Assembly: GCA_964561145.1 (NCBI GenBank)
Contig: CAZLNZ010000006.1
Coordinates: forward strand, 1-64,000
Direction of reading: 5' to 3'
DNA: 64,000 bases
Source: an uncultured Christensenellaceae bacterium
Lineage (GTDB): Bacteria; Bacillota; Clostridia; Christensenellales; CAG-1252
This document shows positions 8,611-16,645 of the stretch, one piece after another. Both the position numbers and the translations under genes were made by a program. Position 1 is the stretch's first letter. Each line of letters begins with the position of its first letter. The notes under the pieces are model-generated. The model ran no database searches. It was given only the letters and a program-made list of their open reading frames with translations, and was not told the DNA's origin.

Positions 8611-8644
8611 TATTATACCACATTCTTCCGCTCAGTATGACATT
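8611..8644 (-). repeat. Type-1 repeat, copy 4, in inverted orientation.
   Basis: The reverse complement reads atgtcatactgagcggaagaatgtggtataata. Confidence 0.75.
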
Positions 8645-8821
8645 TAGACAGTATTTTGCTTTATAGTTAAAATCTTATATCACTATTATTACTCGCACCT
8701 ATACATGTTTTCTTTATCCCTTGCATTGCATCTCACGACTGATGCCCTTGTCTTCGGCTAACAGTTCCTACTGCCAGCCTGTAGCGGACTTTCACCGCCA
8801 AGTTATTACGCGTGCCGAGTA

Positions 8822-8869
8822 CACAAGAAAAACCGCCGTTGGTTTTACTCAAAAGCGGTCAAATTTTAT
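8822..8869 (-). terminator. Rho-independent terminator for the minus-strand AlbA_2 gene.
   Basis: On the minus strand: accgcttttgagtaaaaccaacggcggt followed by tttttcttg. Confidence 0.5.
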
Positions 8870-8876
8870 ATGTTTA

Positions 8877-10211
8877 TTATTCTTGTATCTTCCAATGTCC
8901 ACCTTTAGCTGGGCCGACATGAATTATCACTTGACTTTTCTTTAATGCCCTACTAATAGTTGGCACAGATTTTCCTGTTTTCTCTGACATTTTAGCCTTT
9001 GAGATGTATGGGTTTTCTTTAATAAGATTGATTAGCATTTTTTCTGTATCATTTTCTGTATCATTTTCTGTATCACTTTTCCCAAGTAAACGTTCTTGTT
9101 TGCTTCTGTTTAATATGTTATAGGGCAGAATACATTGTATAAATGACGAGCCAAAATGATAGGCATCTTTACCATATTTCGACACTATAGTAGGCACACC
9201 TTTTCCTGATTGTTCCATATAGTGTAATTGCATGAAAATTTTTGCAAATTCTTCATTGACAGGTTTACTGATTCCATTAAAGAATTCTTCTTTTGTCATC
9301 CCTTCAGTTAAAAGTCCGTATGAGATAATTTCTAATCTATCATCAAAACCATATATTGCCGGAGGTGTTTGTTCTACCCATAAATTATGACATACTGCAT
9401 TAAACCAAGCCTCACGGAAGGACTCATTATCAAAATACGGCGTATCGACTCTATTCTTTCCAATAATATTTGTTTGAATTATATTGAGCACATTTAATGC
9501 ATAATCCAATGCATCTTCCATTTGCTTAAAAATACATCCTCTTTCAAATTCTTTTCGTGATAAAAATTCTGCTTTGGTTGTGCCATTAAACCGAACTACT
9601 TTTATTGATGTATCATTCTGATCTGATACCAGAAATGCGATATAGTTATATTTGCCTTCATTATTTCTCAAATTATAGTTTTGTTCAAACGTTGCACCAT
9701 TAAAATGTATACCTTTAAATGCAAGTATCGCTTGAAATTGAGCAAACGATAAATCTTGACGAGGGCTTAATTTTTGTTTCATTGATTGCTTAGGAATGGA
9801 CAGTTGTGCAATATATCTTTGTTCGATTTCCTCTTCAGTCATACTACGGCAGGTCGTACCAATACGGACATAACAGCCACTTGCACTACGACCATATTTC
9901 TTTATATAGAAAAGGCCATCACCCTTGCGGACCTTTATTTCAACAACATTTTTGCCTTCAACAAACTTTGTGCCGAGCTCAATATATTTTTGTGAATTCG
10001 GTAAAATTTGCGTAGTAATTATATCTGCGATTTTCTTTTGCGTTTCATCAAGATTGTTAATACCAACAACACTTCCGTCATCTTCCACGCCGATGTAAAT
10101 AACACCGTCAAAGCTATTAAGAAATGCCACGATTTCTTTTGAAAGAGAGTCGTTCATTATTCTTTTTAATTCTACCTTTTCGGTTTCTTGGAATATCATA
10201 AAAGCACCCAC
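8877..10211 (-). CDS. Schlafen-like AlbA_2 (divergent AAA_4) domain protein. It has a RecG-C-terminal-like ATPase-fold region and a C-terminal HTH, and is typically annotated as a putative DNA-binding protein or transcriptional regulator.
   Basis: N-terminal motif ELKRIMNDSLSKEIVAFLNSFDGVIYIGVEDDGSVVGI; C-terminal HTH-like region VPTISRALKKSQVI. Confidence 0.65.
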   Translation of the reverse strand: MGAFMIFQETEKVELKRIMNDSLSKEIVAFLNSFDGVIYIGVEDDGSVVGINNLDETQKKIADIITTQILPNSQKYIELGTKFVEGKNVVEIKVRKGDGLFYIKKYGRSASGCYVRIGTTCRSMTEEEIEQRYIAQLSIPKQSMKQKLSPRQDLSFAQFQAILAFKGIHFNGATFEQNYNLRNNEGKYNYIAFLVSDQNDTSIKVVRFNGTTKAEFLSRKEFERGCIFKQMEDALDYALNVLNIIQTNIIGKNRVDTPYFDNESFREAWFNAVCHNLWVEQTPPAIYGFDDRLEIISYGLLTEGMTKEEFFNGISKPVNEEFAKIFMQLHYMEQSGKGVPTIVSKYGKDAYHFGSSFIQCILPYNILNRSKQERLLGKSDTENDTENDTEKMLINLIKENPYISKAKMSEKTGKSVPTISRALKKSQVIIHVGPAKGGHWKIQE

Positions 10212-10335
10212 TTCACTTTAAGTTATTTTAATTATAACAAAAAAAATGGAAAAATTCAACACTTACCCGATAACAATTGACTATTTTTCCTTGAATCTAT
10301 TCACTAATGATTGTATTAATCTTTTGCGATGTTTT

Positions 10336-10392
10336 TGCTATACCCCTATTATACCCATTATACCCCTTTGTCAAGGGGTATAATGGGTATAA
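10336..10392 (-). promoter_or_regulatory. Inverted variant of the palindrome-embedded promoter element. A 13-bp-arm palindrome (cccattatacccc / ggggtataatggg) carries TTGACA in its loop on the minus strand, followed by TATAAT at a 15-nt spacing and further GGGTATAAT copies. It points toward the AlbA_2 gene.
   Basis: Minus strand reads ccccTTGACAaaggggtataatgggTATAATagggg. Same building blocks as 4031-4085. Confidence 0.6.
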
Positions 10393-10469
10393 TCAATGAG
10401 GTAACCAACTGCGGACGTTTTTTTGCTATGGGGTTTGTTTATGGTGAGGTAAAGTTTATTACAGAAAAT

Positions 10470-10497
10470 AGCGAGACTTTTGTCGGTCTCGCTATCC
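10470..10497. other. 10-bp perfect hairpin (atagcgagac / gtctcgctat) adjacent to the flank homology box.
   Basis: Perfect inverted repeat read directly from the sequence. Confidence 0.4.
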
Positions 10498-10537
10498 TGT
10501 AAAGTGTAAATTTACACGAAGTAGTTAATTGTTGTTC
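10497..10537. repeat. Inverted copy of the 3'-flank homology box at 3358..3397.
   Basis: See the 3358 entry. Confidence 0.75.
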
Positions 10538-10548
10538 ACAGAGTCAAA

Positions 10549-12831
10549 GACAAATGTGGTTCCGTTACCTTTATAGTTACTACCTTTGGCTAAAGTTGTA
10601 CTTCCGGAAGTGGCGGTGTAGGTATGGTTGGTGTCTGTTTCTGAAAAGGATATTCCACTGCTCAACAATTTTGCCATTTACCGTGGTATTGACATGGATT
10701 TTAATATATGGACCCTTTTTAGTTGTTATAGTACCACCTAAAACTCCTTTTCTTTCGGTTTTAAGGGTATCATCAACAATAAAATTAACGGACTTTTTAG
10801 CATAACCACCATCATATGTAGCATATGTACCCGTAATTGGTGTTGGTTGAGCAAAATCATCACCCGTTTTAAGTGCTATATACTATTCCAGCATATTCGC
10901 TATTTGCAATAGTCACTGCAGCACCCTCTTCAATGGTTAGAGATGCACCAGACATAATCTTTAGTTTCGAATTAACGGTTACATTTCCTTCAGCAACAAT
11001 AATATTATAATATTCACAAATTGGGATTTCAACACCTTTAGACGTGACCGTATAAATACTTATTTTTAGTGTTATATTATTTGTTGTAATATTTCCGTGA
11101 GATTCAATTTTGATTTTCCCATTATTATCAACACTCTTAATAATGTAACCATCTTCGATTGTAAATAATCCACCAGCTCCCATAAAAGTAACAGAATCAT
11201 TCGCCTCAAACCCGGTTCCTGTAATATAGTAATGTGCATATAAGGAAGCTCCGCTATTAATGCTTAAAACTGTTTCTATATTTGCTACACGGAATTGGCT
11301 AAATGGGAATGATTTAAATGTTTTTGGACCAACTAAATTCCATACATCATTAACAAGTTTTAGGGCGGCGGTACCGCCGGGCCAGTCTTCAATATCAAGA
11401 AGTTCATATACTTCCGCACCGGCATATGCAATTACAGTACCAGTTCCTTTTATATAGCCAAATGAATATAATTCACCATGAACATATATATAAGAATTAG
11501 TTTCCATGCTTATTTGCCCATAATCCCCGGAGGTATATCCGGAATGGGGTTGTCCAGAAGATTGTATGCCGGAAACATTTAATATCCCAGATTTGGATAC
11601 TGTTAATGATTTATCGTTGGCAATTGTGAGAGTTCTATGTGCTGAACCTGTTGAAACACCATTCTTAGCAGTGTTTATAGTGCTTATATAGGAGTAATTA
11701 TTGCTATATGGCACTAACAAAGTTACACCACTCTTTACTGTTGCACTATTATTAAGTATGGTATTGTACATAACGACTATTGTACCGCTAGTTGTTGAAG
11801 ATAAGGCGTCCTCGATTTCTAAAAGGGTTTTAGTGTCGGTACTTAATGCAACACTTCTAACCTTGACAGTAACAGTAACCGCTTCCGTTGCCAACATGAA
11901 GTTGTCAGATTTTAAGGAAACCGTCATAGAATATGTTCCACCTTGAGAGAAGAGGTTCGTAGTATTGCCATAACTCAAGGTATAAGATGAGGTATCTTCA
12001 ATAACTGAACCGTTGTAATAAACATTAGGAATAGCCTTAATCTGATCGCCGGTATAATCAACGTAAACAAGAGAATCAATCGTTACAACCGCCTTGGAAA
12101 TCTTAAGAGTTATCTCAACACCGGTACACTCGTTATAGTTACTATCATATTCAGAACCCTTATTCCAAATTGCTGTAAAGACAGGGTACTCGTCGTCCTT
12201 TATACTAGTACGAGAAGCAGTAAGAGAGGAGTCTGTCCAAGTGTATCCTTCGGGCAGAGTGTAATTTGCAAGGGTATTGCCGCGAACATATTCGCCTGCG
12301 TTCTCAATGGTGTACTTAAGGTCGCCTGCATTCCTGCTTGCCTTATTGATGGTTATACTTATTTCTGTTGTGTAATCATCATAGTTAGTTGAATCAGGAT
12401 TATAGATTACAGCGAAGGTATGAGCTGCCTCACGAGCATTGAGGATAGTATTCTTTTGTGCATCTGTTACGGTACTTGCAAAGCTGAAACCGGCACCTGA
12501 ATTAGGAAGATCATTAAGGTAGTCTGAGACCTTCTTCTCGGGATCGAAGTCTTGCGTGATACTAGTATTAGGTATATCGGCTTCTTTTAATTGTAGCTTA
12601 CTCAAAACTTTAATGATGACAGAGACATCCTTATTATGGTAGTTGTAAGAGTCGGCATTATAGTAAGCAGAATAGCTCTTACCATCAGTACTTACAGAAG
12701 GTACTAAACTATCGTCAACCCAATAGTAACCGCTAGCCAACGTGACTTTTCCATCGGTTGATAATTTTTTCAGTGTATTCGTAGGATCATATGTTCCAAG
12801 CTCAAATTCCGTGGTGTAGATGCTAGGAATC
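10549..12831 (-). pseudogene. Silent, 5'-truncated and 3'-frameshifted inverted paralog (cassette) of the surface-protein gene. Homology to 886..3357 of the expressed gene.
   Basis: No ATG: the ORF track begins at an internal TTG (12740), and an in-frame TAG lies eight codons upstream of where the homology starts. It is identical to the expressed gene over 12326-12831 and divergent (~65% aa) thereafter. After the TAA at 10869-10871, homology to the last ~150 aa of the expressed gene (GVLGG-ITT.., ATSGSTTL.., YKGNGTTF) continues in other reading frames down to 10549. Confidence 0.75.
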
Positions 12832-13041
12832 TTAGCATAATCTTTCTAGAACCACCTTTATGTTCGATATTTTCGTAAGGCGGAGGCAAGGCTTACACTG
12901 CTATATTATGCAATATTTGTACGCAAAGAAGTTGTAATGTGGATATTTATTTGACGGGACGGCATCAAAGATGCCTGCAATCCTTCAGTCAATTCGCTAT
13001 GCTCCTTGATAGTGCCTTTTATATCGGGCAGCTTTGTTTTA

Positions 13042-13065
13042 GGATGAGATGCCGATATCTCATCC
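13042..13065. repeat. Perfect palindrome GGATGAGAT-gccgat-ATCTCATCC. It shares the GGATGAGATA/TCTCATCC motif with the 3' ends of the type-2 repeats.
   Basis: Read directly; also resembles the 3' tail of copy D. Confidence 0.5.
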
Positions 13066-13215
13066 TCATTGTTACATTAACATAGAACAACTATAGGTCA
13101 TACTATAACATCGGTTTCTTTTCCTTATGAAAAGCCGTTATTCTATACAATGATTACTGTAACCTGTGTAGTTTGGGTTGGCGGTTTGGTTATCATAGGT
13201 TGATTAAAAAAAGAA

Positions 13216-13250
13216 CGTGGTACTGAAAAACAAGTACCACGCCTTTTTTC
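13216..13250 (-). terminator. Bidirectional rho-independent terminator. It mainly serves rtcB on the minus strand.
   Basis: cgtggtact-gaaaaaca-agtaccacg with T-runs on both strands. Confidence 0.6.
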
Positions 13251-13319
13251 CTGTTTCCCCCTGCCAGGAATATTACCAATATTACCTAGAGACAAGATTA
13301 GGTAATAGAATGGTTTAAA

Positions 13320-14519
13320 TCAATTAGCGGCTTTTAAGTTATATACGGGGTATATTCTACGCTCTATATCAACTGTATCCGCTATGTTTGCAATGAGGGT
13401 GTTTACGCTCTTATATGCATCGGGGCTTTCATCAAGCGTCCCTTTGCAAATGGAAGTGGAGTAGATGCCCTTCATTTGCTGCTCATACGTATCCATGGAT
13501 AAGGTTTGGAACGCCTTCGAGCGGCTCATAAGTCGTCCGGCTCCATGAGGAGCACTTTGGTTCCAGTCCTTATTTCCAAGTCCGATACATATCAAAGCAC
13601 CGTCACGCATATTGATGGGTATCAATAACCTTTCACCCAAACGAGCTGAAACAGCACCTTTACGTAATATATTATAGTCGATATCGATGTAATTGTGAAC
13701 CGTTGTAAAGGTATTTTTTATATTAATTTTCATTATTTTTTCTATTTCAGCCATCATTGCTTGTCTATTTAGCTCCGCGAAATGCTGTACGATTTTCATA
13801 TCGTGAATATAGTCCTCAAAATCTTTTCCTTCAACATACGCTAGTTCTTTTGGAATGTCGCATTTTTGCTTTTCAAGATCTCGGAGTTTCTTTTCTATCT
13901 GCTTTTCGTGTCCTTTTCTTTTTAGTGAATCGATAAGTGTATTAATTTGCTCCTGTTTCTTATCGGAAAAACGTCTATATGCAAGCTTTTGATAGTAGGA
14001 GGCGACCTCTACACCTAGGTGACGGCTTCCGGAGTGAATAACAACATAAAGATTTCCTTCATCATCCTTATCTACCTCTATAAAGTGATTTCCGCTACCT
14101 AGTGTACCTATGCTAAGCATGGCTCGATTATGGTCTATACTTTTATAGCAACGGAGCTCGGTAAGATCGATTTTTTCCGAATACGGGTGTGGCATTTTTC
14201 GTATACTATTACCTGTTGGAATGTTTTGACGTATGCCTTTGTCGAGATCGGGGAAAGAAAGCTCCTTTTCTTCGATTTGAGCAACCTCCATTCCACAACC
14301 GATATCTACGCCCACCATATTGGGAATCACTTTATCCGTTATTGTCATAGTCGTTCCTATCGTACAACCCGCACCCATGTGGACGTCGGGCATAATGCGT
14401 ATTTTACTTTTTTCGAATGGCTTGAAATCGCATAATGTTTTAATTTGTTCTATTGCACCCTGTTCTATTATGTCGGTATAAATCTTCGCACTGTTATGCT
14501 TACCTTTTATCGTCATCAT
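13320..14519 (-). CDS. rtcB: RNA ligase RtcB (release-factor-H-independent short form, ~399 aa).
   Basis: Motifs MPDVHMGAGCTIG, GSGNHFIE and APHGAGR. AAGGAGG RBS 8 nt upstream. Confidence 0.85.
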   Translation of the reverse strand: MMTIKGKHNSAKIYTDIIEQGAIEQIKTLCDFKPFEKSKIRIMPDVHMGAGCTIGTTMTITDKVIPNMVGVDIGCGMEVAQIEEKELSFPDLDKGIRQNIPTGNSIRKMPHPYSEKIDLTELRCYKSIDHNRAMLSIGTLGSGNHFIEVDKDDEGNLYVVIHSGSRHLGVEVASYYQKLAYRRFSDKKQEQINTLIDSLKRKGHEKQIEKKLRDLEKQKCDIPKELAYVEGKDFEDYIHDMKIVQHFAELNRQAMMAEIEKIMKINIKNTFTTVHNYIDIDYNILRKGAVSARLGERLLIPINMRDGALICIGLGNKDWNQSAPHGAGRLMSRSKAFQTLSMDTYEQQMKGIYSTSICKGTLDESPDAYKSVNTLIANIADTVDIERRIYPVYNLKAAN

Positions 14520-14760
14520 GTCTGATACCTCCTTCGTTTTATATTAATATTATATCAGTCTTTTTCGACTTTTAGTAGTACGCAGTTATTAATAAAAAAG
14601 TGCCCCCTTGTTTTTGCACCAAATGTGGCTTTGTTATAAGAAAAAATGATATAAATCGTGTCTTTACGTTTTATTGAATGGGGAATCTGTGTTTTTTAAT
14701 AAGGATATCACTTTACTTACGCCCCCTTTTTGTGGTACATTATATTCATAGGAGGTGGTT

Positions 14761-15777
14761 ATGACCTACGATAAAATCAAGATATACGTTACACCAAGGG
14801 TGGGCGACATACTTTCAAACGATGCCGACAGCTTTGAATTCTATAAGTCGGACGGTGTTACTCCAAATAAAAATGGATTGTTAACTAGACTTATAGTTAA
14901 CTATTCTCAAGAGTTTAACGAAAGACAGGAAAGGTTATATGATAGGATTAATTGTGAATTGAGAAAAGTGTTTATCGATGAACAAACCAGGGATAATCTT
15001 TGTAATGAAATTGCCAACAAGGTTAACAAAGAGCTTTCGTCGGATTCTACGGAAAAGTTTAATCGCTTGATTTCTCTAAAACCCACAAAAGAAACAGCAC
15101 CTTTGATAGAATATGCAGAGAATTATTTGTTGAAGGGTGCATCTTTGTCAGAGTATTATCGTAATATGTTTACGGCATATGCGAGCTTTACGCAAGATAA
15201 ACGTGAGGAGATTATTTTTAAAGAAAATTATGACTTGCTATCGAAGGCTATCAACGAGGGTAAAAAGGTCTTTATTACCACACGTGCTAAGGCTCGTTTT
15301 TACGAGCTTTCACCCTATGCTTTTGCTCGTTCAAAGGAGGAAATGCATGTGTATTTATTGACAGAAAACAGAAATCGCTGTCGCACTATAAGATTATCAA
15401 GAATAGAATCCGTTGTTATTCTTAAAAAGGCGGCGACTTTTACGGAAAAAGCGGTAGCAACCTTTAAAAAGATGCAAGAATACGGACCGCAATTTTATTA
15501 TCTTGCAAATGAAGAAGAAATTGTTATTAAACTGACAAAAGAAGGGGTTAATAGATATCGTAAAATATATGTACACAGACCTATCCCTAAACGCATCGAA
15601 GGTGATCTTTATTATTTCGATTGTTCTGCCAATCAAGTTGTAGAGTACTTTAAAAGGTTTGGTGATGAGGCATATGTGGTTTCTCCGCCCGGTGTTCGTG
15701 AGTCTATATTAAGCTTTCATTATCGTGCCGTAAAAGCATATAGAGGGAAGAGCAACTCTTCTCCGAATAATAAGTAG
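14761..15777 (+). CDS. WYL-domain protein with a WCX-like C-terminus and an N-terminal region of unknown function. It is divergent from rtcB.
   Basis: WYL core MHVYLLTENRNRCRTIRLSRIESVVIL. The C-terminus (GDEAYVVSPPGVRESI) resembles the WCX extension. AGGAGG RBS 5 nt before the ATG at 14761. Confidence 0.55.
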   Translation: MTYDKIKIYVTPRVGDILSNDADSFEFYKSDGVTPNKNGLLTRLIVNYSQEFNERQERLYDRINCELRKVFIDEQTRDNLCNEIANKVNKELSSDSTEKFNRLISLKPTKETAPLIEYAENYLLKGASLSEYYRNMFTAYASFTQDKREEIIFKENYDLLSKAINEGKKVFITTRAKARFYELSPYAFARSKEEMHVYLLTENRNRCRTIRLSRIESVVILKKAATFTEKAVATFKKMQEYGPQFYYLANEEEIVIKLTKEGVNRYRKIYVHRPIPKRIEGDLYYFDCSANQVVEYFKRFGDEAYVVSPPGVRESILSFHYRAVKAYRGKSNSSPNNK

Positions 15778-15834
15778 GCTAAATTGACAATAGTTGTTGC
15801 TGTATGCTAAAATAAAGAAAAAAGGAGATAAACT

Positions 15835-16080
15835 ATGAAATATGCATTAAGAGGTGTCTGTGCAAGACAAGTAGAGGTAGAGGTCGAAAACGATATTATT
15901 AAAAAGGTTTCTTTTTATGGTGGTTGCTCCGGCAATACACAGGGCGTTGCTCGACTATGCGAAAATCGTTCCGTTCAAGAGGTTATATCCTTGCTGGAGG
16001 GTATTTCCTGTGGTGGAAAGCCTACCAGTTGTCCCGACCAATTGGCAAGGGTATTGAAAGAGAATTATTTGAACAAATAA
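15835..16080 (+). CDS. Small standalone TSCPD-domain protein (TIGR03905-like, ~80 aa).
   Basis: Motif GKPTSCPDQLARVL and additional conserved Cys residues (CSGNTQG, C at 41). Good RBS AAAGGAGA. Confidence 0.6.
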   Translation: MKYALRGVCARQVEVEVENDIIKKVSFYGGCSGNTQGVARLCENRSVQEVISLLEGISCGGKPTSCPDQLARVLKENYLNK

Positions 16081-16207
16081 GAGATTATTATAAAGCCTTC
16101 TATCGGATTAAGACTTTTGAAATATTAAAAATGCACCACATAAATAATAAGGTGGTGCATTTTTATAGTAATTAGCAACAATGAAAAGTTGTTTTTAATG
16201 AATTAAG

Positions 16208-16645
16208 TTAATCCCTTACAGCGATAGAGCCGTCCTCTCTGATTTCTATCGTCATTCCGTCTTTTACATAAGCCAAGAATTCGTCACCCAATCCGTCTAT
16301 TGTGGGCATACTGTTTTTTGTCCATGCGTGTGCGAGTATCGCCCCTGCGGCGGCAAGAGAATCTATTGTTTTAGAGAAGAGTAAAGCTCCGGGATTACAG
16401 CCGATAACTGCGGCATTATATAAAACCATTCCGCCGGTTGTTGATCCTATTGTTTGAGGTAAGCACAATGCAACGCCTACGGTATTTTTTCCATATAAGT
16501 CTTTATTGTTTTGGTCCGTACAGATATTTTTTCCTTCTTTGCAATCCTTGAAGGATGCGAGTGTATTGAATCCCTCGTGAGAAACAAGGGCTTTTAGGGT
16601 TGCTGTTCCCGGTACTACTACACGACCTACAAATATTCTTTCCAT
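16208..16645 (-). CDS. Aconitase X swivel-domain subunit (DUF126/AcnX small subunit).
   Basis: ~145 aa, translationally coupled (ATGA overlap) to the DUF521-type large subunit. Gly-rich swivel region ALCLPQTIGSTTGGMVL. Confidence 0.6.
   Translation of the reverse strand: MERIFVGRVVVPGTATLKALVSHEGFNTLASFKDCKEGKNICTDQNNKDLYGKNTVGVALCLPQTIGSTTGGMVLYNAAVIGCNPGALLFSKTIDSLAAAGAILAHAWTKNSMPTIDGLGDEFLAYVKDGMTIEIREDGSIAVRD

Noticed and set aside
8740-8810. Cobalamin riboswitch, RNase P or other known structured RNA fragment in the GC-rich island.
   Set aside because: There are only short motif resemblances (GGTGAAAGTCC, ACTGCCA), no full consensus and no appropriately oriented downstream gene.
10554-10805. 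83-aa plus-strand ORF.
   Set aside because: It lies antisense to the frameshifted tail of the silent cassette, and its Trp/Leu-rich composition is typical of a random AT-rich frame.
3317-10868. Integron cassette array (genes separated by structured repeats).
   Set aside because: No attC R''/L''-L'/R' core (GTTRRRY) architecture, no intI gene, and the cargo genes have their own strong promoters.
14130-14435. 101-aa plus-strand ORF.
   Set aside because: It is antisense within rtcB, has no RBS, and rtcB is well supported.
15924-16175. 83-aa ORF overlapping the TSCPD gene.
   Set aside because: It is an alternative frame of the TSCPD gene and its 3' UTR, with no motifs and no RBS.
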